A DNA stretch of 64,000 nt from contig NC_043006.1 of assembly GCF_006345805.1 (NCBI RefSeq), positions 27,094,001 through 27,158,000 of the forward strand. The letters are read 5' to 3'. A program made the translations under genes and the position numbers. Within the stretch, counting starts at the first letter, position 1. Each line of letters starts with the position of its first letter. Under the pieces are notes generated by a model that saw only the letters and a list, made by a program, of their open reading frames with translations, did no database searches and was not told where the DNA came from. Shown in pieces: positions 25,308 to 38,059 of this stretch. Source of the stretch: Octopus sinensis (Eukaryota).

Positions 25308-25776
25308 GTAAGAATTTTCTTAAAATCAACATTATCATTAAATAAAATTTACAGTGGTTATTATTTTGTAGCTAACTGTAATGTTTTGTTTGTCATAACT
25401 AACTGTAATGTTTTATATATATATGTGTGTGTGTGTGTATATTGATGCTTGTTTTTTATGTTCAGATATAAAAAAAAATACAATTATACATTAATCTGAA
25501 GGTTGCCATACTTCTGTAGAGTACAAATTTATTATTCTTTCACAAGAATAGTATTGACAGTGCCTTTGAAGTTTCATTCATCAGACTTGGCTTTATATAG
25601 TCTCTGTTCCTGATGAAATTTTTCTGGGATTTGTGGGGTTCAGTTTAATGAAAATTTGGTTGTAAGGTGAGTTATGATGGAGACTTTTTGTGAAGGATTT
25701 TTTATTAAATTGGGGGTTATCTTTTTGTTCAGAACTTATTCGTGTGTGTAGGACTTTGTAAACTGGTGTGAATATT

Positions 25777-26280
25777 TAGGTGTCAGTTTCAGGCCATGGC
25801 ATTGTTCATATACATGCATCATACAGTCTTCCTTTCACTCAGAGAGCGAAACCTTTTGTGGCCAACAGAAGTAACAGCTCTCTGAATTACCTCCATCCTA
25901 TTCTTATTCTAGCTATCACACTCACCGTGCATCCTCCCTCACTACTAATTTGGTCCCTTAGACAGCAGATATTATCTGCTACCTCTAATGAGCCACTAGG
26001 GCATTTAAGAGAATCAATTCCATGAGTCTGTAAAGTTTTTATGGATCCTGTGCATCTTCTAAATACGAAAACTATCTTTCTCTGATAACTTTTTTATTTA
26101 TCCACTGCACCTCTTGTGTGCTCATAGCTTACACTGGGTACACTGTATGGAGTTCCTGTCTACACCTTTCCCAGAAATCAAACAGAGCTACCTACCTGAG
26201 TGGGGTAGGGTCCTGTCACTTTTCTTGCTTACTAGGACCTTAGTCTTTGCTAAGTTAACCTTAAATTCCAGGTCTTTTTT
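25777..26280 (-). mobile_element. RTE LINE internal fragment
   Basis: Antisense homology to the RTE PHD/RT region (catatacatgcatcatacagtct; ttacactgggtacactg). Confidence 0.75.
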
Positions 26281-27001
26281 TCTTCTACACTTATATACAT
26301 TGCCGAAGCAAAGTGTTAGAGATAAAATGTCCAATAGTTTTTTAGTACATGAACGCACTGTTCAACTAACTAAAAAGTGGGTTTGTGTAAAAGCATGTAA
26401 AAAGAAAAAATTTAAACCAGGAATAATTTCCCAAAAGTGGGGAGACCTCTGAGGGCCATAAAACTGTGGTCACCCTGACCACTAAGGCACATGCCCTGTA
26501 TCAGTTGTCCTCCAATCAACAGGCACAACCTCAGAGGAAGCCTGTTCACATGGACCATGCTCACCACTCTCATCCATCTTTCAGCAAATTTGCTGGAAGG
26601 CAGCACATCTCTCTCCACTGTCACTTTCCTTTTGAAGGAATACTGAAAAAATGTTGAGGGCTTGGCTAAAGAGGAATGTGTTTGTTCTCAGCCCTTTCAA
26701 TTTTGTCCACCACTCAACCCCTTTCCCTAAAACTCCAAACTAATTGACTTCTTGTCCTTGGTCTACAGCAGATGTGAGACTCTAGCCCTAACTCTAATTT
26801 TCACAAGGGACACAGCTGATACCTAGATCTGCCTCATACATTCAACAATGTATCCAGTAACATTTCCCATTTGAAGATCAAAGAATACCAATAACATAAT
26901 TTTTTTAGCATATTATTTTATACTAGAAATCATATTTAAATTTTATTTAGATTATGATTTTTGTTGCTTTATTTGTTTCCTTCCAATGGCTTATTTCATA
27001 G

Positions 27002-27096
27002 TTACAAAATGCAGAGAAGACACATCATTACCAAATCGTTCTTTAGTTGTTAAGAAAGGAATCAAACGCAAAGTACATTTTAATCACAAATCAGAG
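27002..27096 (+). CDS. BRCA1: BRCA1 coding exon 5
   Basis: ttcatag|TT...GAG|gttagt, 95 nt, open reading frame (TKCREDTSLPNRSLVVKKGIKRKVHFNHKSE), phase 1 to 0, fits its neighbours. Confidence 0.8.
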
Positions 27097-27780
27097 GTTA
27101 GTATAATTTCCCATTTTGCAGATTTTTCTCAAACTGTTTCAATATTTTAAAGTTATGTTCATGTTATGTTTTAATGTGTTATCCTTGATGTTAAATACAT
27201 TAATGTCAAAACTAAATTGAGGCATTGGCAATTCAATTTTACGAAATAAAATATTCATTGTTGAACCAATGGCACCAAATTTATTTTGAAATTAAATTAA
27301 TTCTGTAGGAGTAAATGCAGTGAGATAATTATAACACCGAAATAGATACTTTTAATACTTATAGTGTTCTTCATCTATGTGTAGTGAATGAATTCCTGAT
27401 TTGAAATTTAATGGTTCAGAGCAGCTCAGACACCTATACTTTTTATAATTCAATTTAATTTGGCTTTACATGTGTGGATTTGATGGAATACAAGCTGCAT
27501 GAGTTAAATAAAGAGGTACAGTGTATACATTTGGTGTTAAAATGATGAGAGATACTTCAGATGTAATGTTTTAAGCCACCAAATCATTAAAAAAAAATTT
27601 TTTAACCCTTCATTTGGTGTAACAGATATTTTGAAAATGAAACAAAAGATTCACATGGGAAGAATATCATCTAATAAGATGTTTTCGTAAAATGTTTAAC
27701 AGAATAATATTAATTGATAGAACTTTAGTAGTTGTATAAATTGTTCATGTATTAAGCATGTGTCTTTAATTTTTTATTAG

Positions 27781-27844
27781 GTGCGAGATGTTACAAAAAT
27801 AGAAAATACACAGTTGAATGGTGAAAAATTAGCTAAAGTAAAAG
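27781..27844 (+). CDS. BRCA1: BRCA1 coding exon 6
   Basis: ttttattag|GTG...AAAG|gtattg, 64 nt, VRDVTKIENTQLNGEKLAKVK(G). Supplies the phase 0 to 1 shift needed to reach the next exons. Confidence 0.7.
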
Positions 27845-28534
27845 GTATTGTAAAAAATATATATTTATCTATCAAAGGTTTCGTGAAGATAGCCAAAAAC
27901 ATTGAACTAAAGGCATTATTCCATAGGACTGATAAACTTTTATATTTGAGTCTATCCAATCAGAACCTTAGCAAAAGAAAATATCTGATATTGTATCAGT
28001 AAATTCATAACCATGTAAAAGACACATAAATGGTTTTATTATATATTTTTTTATAATTGCATTTCGTCAGCTTGCCTATGTTCAGCTTTAATCTCAGTAA
28101 AATGAACTAAAGGAAAAAAGTGGATCAGTGGTATGAATTTTAGGTATGTTAACCCTTTTGATACTAACACACTTGGTCATTGGTGATTACCCTTGGTCCT
28201 AGGATACAAACCTTTAAAATGATCTAATTTTAAACTTTCTATCAAAATTTTATGTAAGTTTATGTTTCAAACACTAATTTAATAATTATGAAGTTATTTT
28301 ACTAAATTCTTCGTTATTTCCAAAATTAACTAAAACCTCATAGTTGAGGTTGCAAATGGTGTTGAAAAGATAACAAATGAAGCTGATTGATTGACTGACT
28401 GAATGATTAATCAAACAATTAATTACTTAATTGGTTAAATGGTTAGCTAGTTAACTCATTATTAATAATAGAAAAAGTGAAATAGAGCTATTGTGTGTTT
28501 TTATTTGCATAATGACCTTTCCCAGATACAGAAA

Positions 28535-28635
28535 AATTTAATTCATTGTTTTTCATAATTTATTTAATTCGTTTTCATAATTCATTCAGTTCATTATTTT
28601 TCATAATTTATTCAGTTCATTGTTTTTCATAATTC
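28535..28635. repeat. Short degenerate tandem repeat (about 25-30-bp unit ttcattgtttttcataatt)
   Basis: About four copies visible. Confidence 0.7.
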
Positions 28636-28860
28636 TCCTGCTAAAGCTACGCTATTGTCAGCTTTGACAATCTCTCTTTATCATCCAAGTAGGTTTTGCT
28701 TTCTCTTAGGTATTTTAACTTTTCTTATCTTAGAGTGTATATACATCAATATGGAATTTACCATACTTTTTCATTTGATTTTAAAGACATTTGATACTAT
28801 GAAGAATGTTTAGCCTTATCACTCAGTTCAAGTTTTTTCGGTTGATTCAGGTATTTGTTC

Positions 28861-29610
28861 GGATCTTTTCGGTTTGAGCGGCAGTTTTTAACATAATTTC
28901 TAGGTAACTAAAAAATTTTAAACTTCGTACACTGGTAGAATGTGTTTATAAAACATCTTTTTCTCTTGGCTTTATTGAGAAAATTCTATAGTTTCTAAGA
29001 TATTTGGTCTTTAATTTCTTGTATTTCGGCAATTTCAACCAATGACCGACTATTGAGGTGAAAACATTCTGTGCCATATGAATATGACCCTCGTTTAAGA
29101 AACACATTGGGTTTATTTACATTTGTTAAAAAAAAAAAATACCCTTCCCCCCACCCATAACCCTAACCCTAAATCTAAAATAGATTGAAATGCAATAGAT
29201 CGACTCTAGGGTCATAATTATGGGTGACAATTTCATATGACACCCATAATTATGTCCCTAGAGTCGATCTATTGCATTTCAATCTATTTTAGATTTAGGG
29301 TTAGGGTTAGAGGTGGGGGGAAGGGTATCTTTTTTTCTTCACAAATGTAAATAAACCCAATCTGATTCTTAAACGAGGAACATATTCATACGGCACAGAA
29401 TGCTTTTTAACTCAATAGACGCCAGTGATTGGTTGAAATTGCAGAAATTGAAGAAATTAAAGACAAAATATCTTACAAACTATAGAATTTTCTCAATAAA
29501 GCCAAGAGAAAAAGATGTTTTATAAACACATTCTACCAGTATACGAAGTTTAAAATTTTTTAGTTACCTAGAAATTATGTTAAAAACTGTCGTTCAAACC
29601 GAAAAGATCC
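28861..29610. mobile_element. 750-bp palindromic MITE (fold-back dimer) with 8-bp TSD ATTTGTTC
   Basis: The arms are reverse complements around 29225-29245. The TSD is at 28853-28860 and 29611-29618. Confidence 0.9.
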
Positions 29611-30202
29611 ATTTGTTCTTATTATATGCTAAGACAGTTTTCTTGGAAGCATTCTTTCAGTACTGTTTATTTTCAATTTCCTTAACTAGAATATCCTATG
29701 TGTTTCAATTCCAATGTAAGTGAATATAGACTGGTTTCATAAGTCACATGTAACTTCTTGTTTATTGGTATATTGAAAGTGTTGTTTGGAACCCAACATG
29801 AAGGTTCTAACAAAAATCTGTAACAGAACTTTTTGAGTATGGGTAAATACAGTAAAATTTAAAATTATTTAAATTTTGTTTATTATCATTATATAAAATC
29901 AGTTACTAGTCAATATTTATTTGGAATAAATAACAGGTTTGTAGTAAATGACTCCAATGAAGAACATTGCACATTATTGGATTTTCAATTAAACTTAATG
30001 CATTTTCAACAGGTACACAAAGAAGTAAAAATAACACAAAATAGTTATATGTGTATGAATTTATTTCAAAATGAAATACATTCTCCTACAAAAATATACT
30101 CACAAATAGTGATAAAAAGATCCACTAAAATAATTCAAGAATTCACTACTCACTTTACAGGAAATTAAAAATTGGAAATGGAATAAATTTGAAAATAATA
30201 AT

Positions 30203-30882
30203 CATCATTATCATTTAACGTCCGCTTTCCATGCTAGCATGGGTTGGACGGTTCAACTGGGGTCTGGGAAGCCAGAAGGCTGCACCAGGCCCAGTCTGAT
30301 CTGGCAGTGTTTCTACAGCTGGATGCCCTTCCTAATGCCAACCACTTCGTAAGTGTAGTGGGTGCTTTTTATGTGCCACCTGCACAGGTGCCAGACGAGG
30401 CTGACAGACGGCCCTGATCGGATGGTGCTTTTTACGTGCCACCGGCACGGGGACCAGACGGAGCTGGCAACGACCACGGTCGGATGGTGCTTTTTACGTG
30501 CCACCGGCACGGTAGCCAGTCGGGCAGCGCTGGCTACGGCCACGTTTGGATAGTTCTCTTACGTACCATCGGCACTGGTATCACAGCTACAAATTCCATT
30601 GATGTTGATAGATTACGATTTTGATTTTGATTTTCACTTGCCTCAACAGGTCTTCACAAGTGGAGTTTTGTGTCCCAAGAAGGAAAGGAATGCATAAGTG
30701 GGCTGGCTACATCCCAGGTGTAGGCCACGGGATTATGGCCTCACTTGTCCTGCCGGGTCTTCTCACGCACAGCATGCTTCCATAGGTCTCGGTCTCGTAG
30801 TCATTTCCTCGGTGACACCTAAAGTTTGAAGGTTGTGCTTCACCACCTTGTCCCAGGTTTTCCTGGGTCTACCTCTTCCACA
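30203..30882 (-). mobile_element. RTE LINE 3' end
   Basis: Tail, GGCACGTAAAAAGCAC repeats and the GRGRPRKTWDKVVKH coding remnant. Confidence 0.9.
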
Positions 30883-31645
30883 GTTATTAAAATTAAATTC
30901 TGTATATATACAAAAGTTAGCTAATATTTCTTTTGTGGGGGAAAAAGTAAAGCATCCTACTCTACATAATGTAATCTTCATCCACTTAAAGCGTTTCTGG
31001 AGTTGGCATTCTCAATCATTTGTCTTTTCTGTTTTGTAGAAATCATCCGAATTCAAGCAAATGTCTCTCCCACACACTTTTACTTTTCTCTCATTACATT
31101 TTGAAGGAATAACCTACTCTGAATTGTGTTGGGACATTTGCTCAGCACTATTAAAAGTTAGTAAATTTTGGGGCCTCTTGCAATTTGGGATATAGTAGGA
31201 AAACAATCCTTACAGTATATTTGATATTTATATCAAACCAAGTATCACCACTGTTTATTACCTGGTCTACTACTCGTTAATAGTTCATCATCTGACTCAA
31301 TTGATTTACATCATCCGTAGAATTGTTGTAATTTTGATTTTTAAAAAAATGTTTTTATTCATTTTTACAATGAATGTGGCACATATATATATGTTCTGCA
31401 AGTTTGACTATACTGACATACCAGTCAAAAATAATATTCAGTTGTGGTTTTAGTATAGAGATGATAATGTCCTTACCACATCATACACTGGGCCATGCTG
31501 ACTCTCACCACTGTCTCTTTTTCTTGTATAAAAATTCCCACTTCGCATATTTTCCATTGTTTCATATCCTGTTTTGTAGGCTTGCCTGGCATATATTGCT
31601 GGAAGCATGTGTCCAAGAGGAGTCTTATTTTAAATAATTTTCTTC

Positions 31646-34516
31646 TACATGTTTAGCACTTCTACATGTTTAGTGACTTTAGGATCAGGACTAAGAGGAC
31701 GACTAGAAGACGACCAACATGGAGAAGAAAGGTCTGGAAGCTTAAAGACCCTGCAAATGGACAGAGATTTAGAGACATGTTACTTGAAGCCTTTGACGAA
31801 ATAGAAGGGGGTATAGCTACACATGGGGTAGAAGACAATTGGACGCTTCTAAGGGACAACCTGCTGAAAGCCACTGACCAGATCTGTGGCTGGTGCAAAG
31901 TCCCCTCAAGACCCAAAATAACGTGGTGGTGGAACAATATTGTTGACAGGGCTATTAGACAAAAGAAACAGGCTTGGAAGGACTGGAAGAACGGTGGTAG
32001 CAGGGAAGTGTATCAGACTGCCAGAAGGGAAGCTAGGAGGCAGGTTTTATTTAGCCAGAGGGGAAGCAGATAAGAAAAAATTTGCCAATGTCCTGCGCCG
32101 GGAGGATGAAAGACTTGAGGTATTTCGTGTTGCAAGACAGTGTGTGAGAGAGAATCGTGACATGGTAGGAGAAAAATGTGTTCACATGGATGACGGCCCA
32201 CTTGCGCTAAATGAGGATGCAAAGAGAGAGGTTTGGAGACGCCACTATGAAAGGTTGCTGATTGAGGAAAATGAATGGGATAAAGAGAGTCTGACGAATG
32301 TCGACCCAACAGAGGGACCAGCAATCCGAGTTGACAGTTCCTTGGTAGTTAAGGCAATTACAAGCATGAAAACAGGGAAAGCCCCAGGCCCATCAGGTAT
32401 TACTGCAGAGATGCTCAAAATATCTCGTAGTGTCGGCTATAGCCTAGTCACCCGTATAGTTAACCAGGTGATACACAAAGGAGTCATACCCAATGACTGG
32501 TGTAGCAGCATAATAGTCAACTGGTGTAGCAGCATAATAATCAACTGCTACAAAGGTAAAGGTGATGCCCTAGATACAAATAACTACAGGGGTATCAAGC
32601 TGCTGGATCAGGTAATGAAGGGTACGGAGAGGGTTATAGCCCAACTAATTAGAGAGAGAATTAGCTTAGATGAGATGCAGTTTGGGTTCGTGCCAGGGAG
32701 AAGTACTACTGATGCTATATTCCTGGTAAGGCAGCTGCAGGAGAAATACCTAGCCAAAGATAAGCCCCTGTACCTGGCTTTTGTTGACATGGAGAAAGCC
32801 TTCGACATGGTCCCCCGATCCCTTATCTTGTGGTCAATGAGGAAACTAGGGATAGATGAATGGTTAGTTAGAGTTGTGCGAGCCATGTACAGAGACGCTG
32901 CTAGTAAGGTGAGGGTTGGCAACGAGTACAGTGAAGAATTCCGGGTAGAGGTTGGGGTCCACCAAGGTTCAGTCCCCAGTCCCCTCCTATTTATCATAGT
33001 CCTCCAGGCAATAACGGAGGAATTCAAGACAGGATGCCCCTGGGAGCTCCTCTATGCTGATGACCTTGCACTAATTGCTGAGTCACTATCAGAACTGGAG
33101 GAGAAGTTTCAGGTGTGGAAGCAAGGTCTAGAATCGAAGGGCCTCAGAATCAATCTAGCCAAAACCAAAGTCCTAATAAGTAGGAAAGTAGACAAGTCAC
33201 AAACGCCTTCAGGTAGATGGCCCTGCTCGATCTGTAAAAAAGGTGTAGGTAGAAACTCTATAAGGTGCACCAAGTGCAAGCTATGGACACATAAGAGGTG
33301 TAGCAATGTCAAAGGAAGGCTAACTAGGAAAATAGTTTTTGTCTGTGGCAGATGCTCAGGAGCAATAAACACTGAAAATGTGCAGAGACCAACGTCTACC
33401 ATGTTCCAGGGAGAAAAACTAGAAGTAGTTGATAGCTTCCGCTACCTAGGTGACCAAGTCAGTAGCGGGGGTGGGTGTGCTGAAAGTGTAACGGCTAGAG
33501 TAAGAATAGCCTGGGCAAAGTTTAGAGGGCTCTTACCCCTGCTGGTGACAAAAGGCCTCTCACTCAGAGTAAAAGGCAGACTGTATGATGCATGTGTACG
33601 TACAGCCATGCTACATGGTAGTGAAACATGGGCTGTGACTGCTGAGGATATGCGTAAGCTTGCAAGAAATGAAGCCAGTATGCTCTGATGGATGTGTAAT
33701 GTCAGTGTTCATAATCAACAGAGTGTAAGTACCTTGAGAGAAAAGTTGGACCTAAGAAGCATCAGTTGTGGTGTGCAAGAGAGATGTCTGCGCTGGTATG
33801 GGCATGTAACGAGAATGGGTGAAGATAGTTGTGTGCAAAAGTGCCACACTCTAGCAGTTGAGGGAACCTGTGGAAGAGGTAGACCCAGGAAAACCTGGGA
33901 CGAGGTGGTGAAGCACGACCTTCGAACTTTAGGTCTCACCAAGGAAATGACTAGAGACCGAGACCTATGGAAGTATGCTGTGCGTGAGAAGACCTGGCAA
34001 GACCAGTGAGAAAAGTCAAAATCAAACCAAACCAATCAGATATCAGAAAGCAGAACCAAAATTGAGGCTGATCAACATCAGTGGAAATTGCAGCTGTGGT
34101 TAAGCGAACCATCCGATCGTTTATCCGTTGCCAGCCTCGCCTGGCCCCCATGCCGGTGGCACGTAGAAGCACCATCCGCACGTGTCCGTTGCCAGCCTCG
34201 CCTGGCTCCCGTGCCGGTAGCACGTAAAAGCACCATCCGTTCGTGTCCGTCACCAGCCTCGCCTGGCCCCCGTGCCGGTGGCACGTAAAAACACCATCCG
34301 TTCGTGGCCGTTTGCCAGCTCTGTCTGGCACCTGTGCAGGTGGCACGTAAAAAGCACCCACTACACTCATGGAGTGGTTGGTGTTAGGAAGGGCATCCAG
34401 CTGTAGAAACACTGCCAAATCTGACTGGGCCTGATGAAGCCTTCCGGCTTCACAGACCCCAGTTAAACCGTCCAACCCATGCTAGCATGGAAAGCGGACG
34501 CTAAATGATGATGATG
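31646..34516 (+). mobile_element. RTE-clade LINE, 5'-truncated, nearly intact RT ORF
   Basis: ORFs 31666-32073, 31940-33688 and 33692-34009. One frameshift near 32045 and TGA at 33686-33688. YADD motif, PHD-like finger and (GAT)n tail. Confidence 0.96.
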
Positions 34517-35671
34517 TTCTGATATACTGCTATTTGCCTTGTATGAAAATATTGATACAGCATTAAAAATTGTATCTATGTTAGGATACTAGAAAGACAG
34601 ATGTCACCCATGAGTTCATTTGTGCTTTACTAATTACTAATTTTGGGTAACTTCCTAAATCCCATTATCATAGTTCTTTTAAGAAAAAAGTAAAAACAAA
34701 CAAAAAAAGAAACCCTTTATTTTATCCAGGATTGTAGAAGTCTGTATTTTGTACTCTAGTTTCTTTTCTGTATATCCTATGCAATGATTATCCCTGACAG
34801 TTATATGAAGGATTAGAGTTGGACTAAACAAAAGAAAATAGTCAATGGGATTCAGCAATCAATAAGATTGTGATTGGGCCTAGTTTTTAAGTTTCCTTTC
34901 TTTCTGAAATAAGTTCACTGGTGCTGTCACTATTGGTACAGGAATTAGTTTCGCTAGTAGAAATAGAAACATTCAACTCCAAGTTTTTGTTGCATTTTTC
35001 ATTTGCTGCAACAGTTTCTTCCTTTCGAAATTCTTAAAATTTGGTTTCACTACTACTTCTTAATTGGAAGGTGCTATTTGTTTTTAAAAAGGCAAAAAAA
35101 TCTGGAAATAAGAATTAAAAAATGTGAAAATTAGCCAGTGAACCCAAAATTCACATTATAGTAATGTCAGGCAGTATATAACAAGTGTTATAGCCCTAAT
35201 GTAGTCACAAAATTTATGTTGATATTTTGGTTTAAAATGATTAGTCAAATACATGTGGTAACATATGACCAAAAGTAGTCTCAGGCAGCTTACTAATGAA
35301 AGGGTTTAGTGATTGTTTTAGCTAATAAAAACACAGATTTGGCAAATTGAAATTTAGTTAATTGGTAGAGAATTTGGGCTTTTCAACCAACTTGGACGTA
35401 ATCAGGATTATATTTCTTACTTTTCCCCCGTCAATTACCTGACTTTTTTTTTTCAATATTTTGTCTGAAGCTTATTTGATTATGAGCAAATAATTTCCTG
35501 TTTTATTGCAAACTTCATTAAAACAATTTTCATGCTATTTAATGTAGATAATGTGGAGGAAATTGGGGAGGTATTTAAATGAGATCATTTTAATGATCTT
35601 TTGAGTACATTAAAAATATAATTGTAAAAGCATTTCTCAGTGCATTCTAATTTTTTCTGATTTTGATATAG

Positions 35672-36460
35672 ATCAATCTTTCTCTGTCGTCATAGGTCAT
35701 GAATTATATAAGAGTCTGAAAAATTACAGTAGAGAAAATGATATTCATAAAAATAGAAAGAGAATACTTGAGTGGCTTCAACAGCTTCCTCTTTTTTTTA
35801 ATGATTGGAATGAAGATAACTTTGCAGTAGAAAATAGTAACTGTAAGGAGTTTCAACCAGCTGACAATAATATGAAGAGGATGCCAACACAGTGTATTTC
35901 TAATTTTCCTCTAAAAGAAAATGTTTGTGCTCATTATGATCTCATTTCTGTATCAGAGCCTTATTCAATTCATTCTGAAGTTGTCAACAGTGACTGCATT
36001 TACTCAAAAAAATGCTTGAGGAAAGAACAAAATACTTTTCTTTCTGCAACAGCATCAAAGTCCATACGCGATGTTACCAAAAGAACATTGAATCCAAAAA
36101 AACAATCAACTTCTTATGAAAGACTTCAACAGCAAATATTAAAAAGTATTGAAAAATTTAAAAAGTTCAGAGCAAAAAGAGAAAGAAATGTTTCCTCAAG
36201 TGTAAACATAACTCCAAAGAATTATGTTATTGACTTAACTTCTCTTAAGTCAGTCCCTCTTCAGCATGCATACACTACTGATGCATTTAGTAAAAAAAGA
36301 AAAAGCAACAAAATACTTGGAACTGAAAAATTCTTAATGAATTTGAGTGAGGATAAAAGTAAAAATCAGGAGAATAAATCCAAAGTTTGGGAAGATTCAA
36401 AACTGCCATACATTGAGAGTATACAAACAACAAGCAAGCAGAATCTGTATAAAATGAAAA
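35672..36460 (+). CDS. BRCA1: BRCA1 coding exon 7 (3' boundary uncertain; see findings)
   Basis: Acceptors at 35671 and 35695, both phase 1. The frame is open through the 35872-36540 ORF and contains KRILEWL, resembling the KVNEW motif of BRCA1. Phase-1 donors follow 35842, 36460 and 36784. Confidence 0.6.
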
Positions 36461-36902
36461 GTAAGAATTCTGAAAGTGCAGTTACTTTACCACCAGCTTT
36501 CATAGCTGGAACTCCTTTTCTAAATATACATCATGGCTAGTTAGCAAAATACATTAAATGCAATAAAAACCAGTCATCTTTGTATGATATTCATAAGAAA
36601 TTTGAAAATGGAATAGATGTTATAGACATCACTAGTGATCTTTCTTCTCAGTTTAATTTGAATAATTTTAAAAGCAGATAATTTTGTCACTAAGGGGAAC
36701 ATTTCCTATGAGCAATTAAATGCTAATCTGATGTTCTCTACAAGACATCAAGGCATCAGGTGCCTACTCTTTGCAATATTCATGGTGAGTTTATCAACTG
36801 TTAAGCGATGAGGAATTACTTGCAAGATATACAAAAGTAACAAGATGGACATACATATACAAGACTTACAAATGTGTATGTATGTTTATGCATTTGTATT
36901 AT

Positions 36903-37140
36903 ATCATCATTATTATCATCATATAACGTCCATTTCCTATGCTGGCATAGGATGAACAGTTTGATAGGTGCTGGCAAGACTTGGGAACCACACTAGGCTC
37001 CATTGTCTGTTTTGACACGGTTTCTACAGCTAGATGCCCTTCCTAATGCCAACCACTTTACAGAGTGTACTGGATACTTTTTACATAGTACCAGGCACCA
37101 ACAGGGTTACCAAGCAACTTCCAAGACAAAACTCCTTAGC
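36903..37140 (-). mobile_element. RTE 3'-tail fragment (old)
   Basis: tttctacagctagatgcccttcctaatgccaaccac core shared with the other tails. Confidence 0.8.
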
Positions 37141-38059
37141 TGGCGGGGGGGGGGGGCAGGTAATATAAGGCAGGGATGGCTTTTTGCCAGTTGAGAGATT
37201 AATGGTAAAGGAGGATAAGGATAAGTGTCTTGTTGTAGAGTAGCTTTATGGATGTCCCAGTTGGAAAAGAAAGGAGAGCAAGTTAGTAAGATAAGGAGAG
37301 TAATAGGGAGAGAGATGGTGGTGAAGATGTGTCAAGGGATGCTCTTGGGGGACATTGGGGGTGGTGAGAATAAGTGAAGTGATACAGAGGTTTGGAGTGG
37401 ATGAGCAGGCAGGAAAGAGGTGACTAGCAAATGATGGAGAGAAATACAGGAGGGGTGGGTGGGTGGAGTGTCTTCTATTATAGCTCTGGTCTAACCAATG
37501 CTTTGTGAGTGAATCTGATAGAAACTGCAGAAAGCCCATTGTGTGTGTGTGTGTCTGAATGTTTACATTGTGCACTTCACATGAAAAAGCACTGCAGACA
37601 GTGAAGTCAGTTTATATTTCCCTTTTAATATAACATCCAGTAGGCAAGTGTTATGTAAGTTCTTTTACTTGAAGAATGGATGAGGGTTAGCAACAGCAAG
37701 GATAGTATTGTTTGAAAGGAAATCACTTTCTGATGTTGCTGCTACAAGCACGTTGTTTCACTTTAAAATAACTTATATTAGTGTTTTCATATACATAAAA
37801 TAACTCTTTTCCAAAAGTGCTGTTTTACATGGAAGAAGTTTTAGTCAATAATTCACATACCAGGATTATACCAAAAGTAATGCAAAGGCTGTCTTAACTT
37901 TTTTTTTATTAACTGACATAGGTCCTTTAAATTGCTTATGCTGGTAGAATACCTCTTCCTTTCTAGTAACTTTTTCTCTTCCTTGCTGACAAATAATAGG
38001 TTTCAAGGAGAAGCAGTGTGCCATTACTGAGTTTTTGATGAAGGAATAGTACAATCTGT

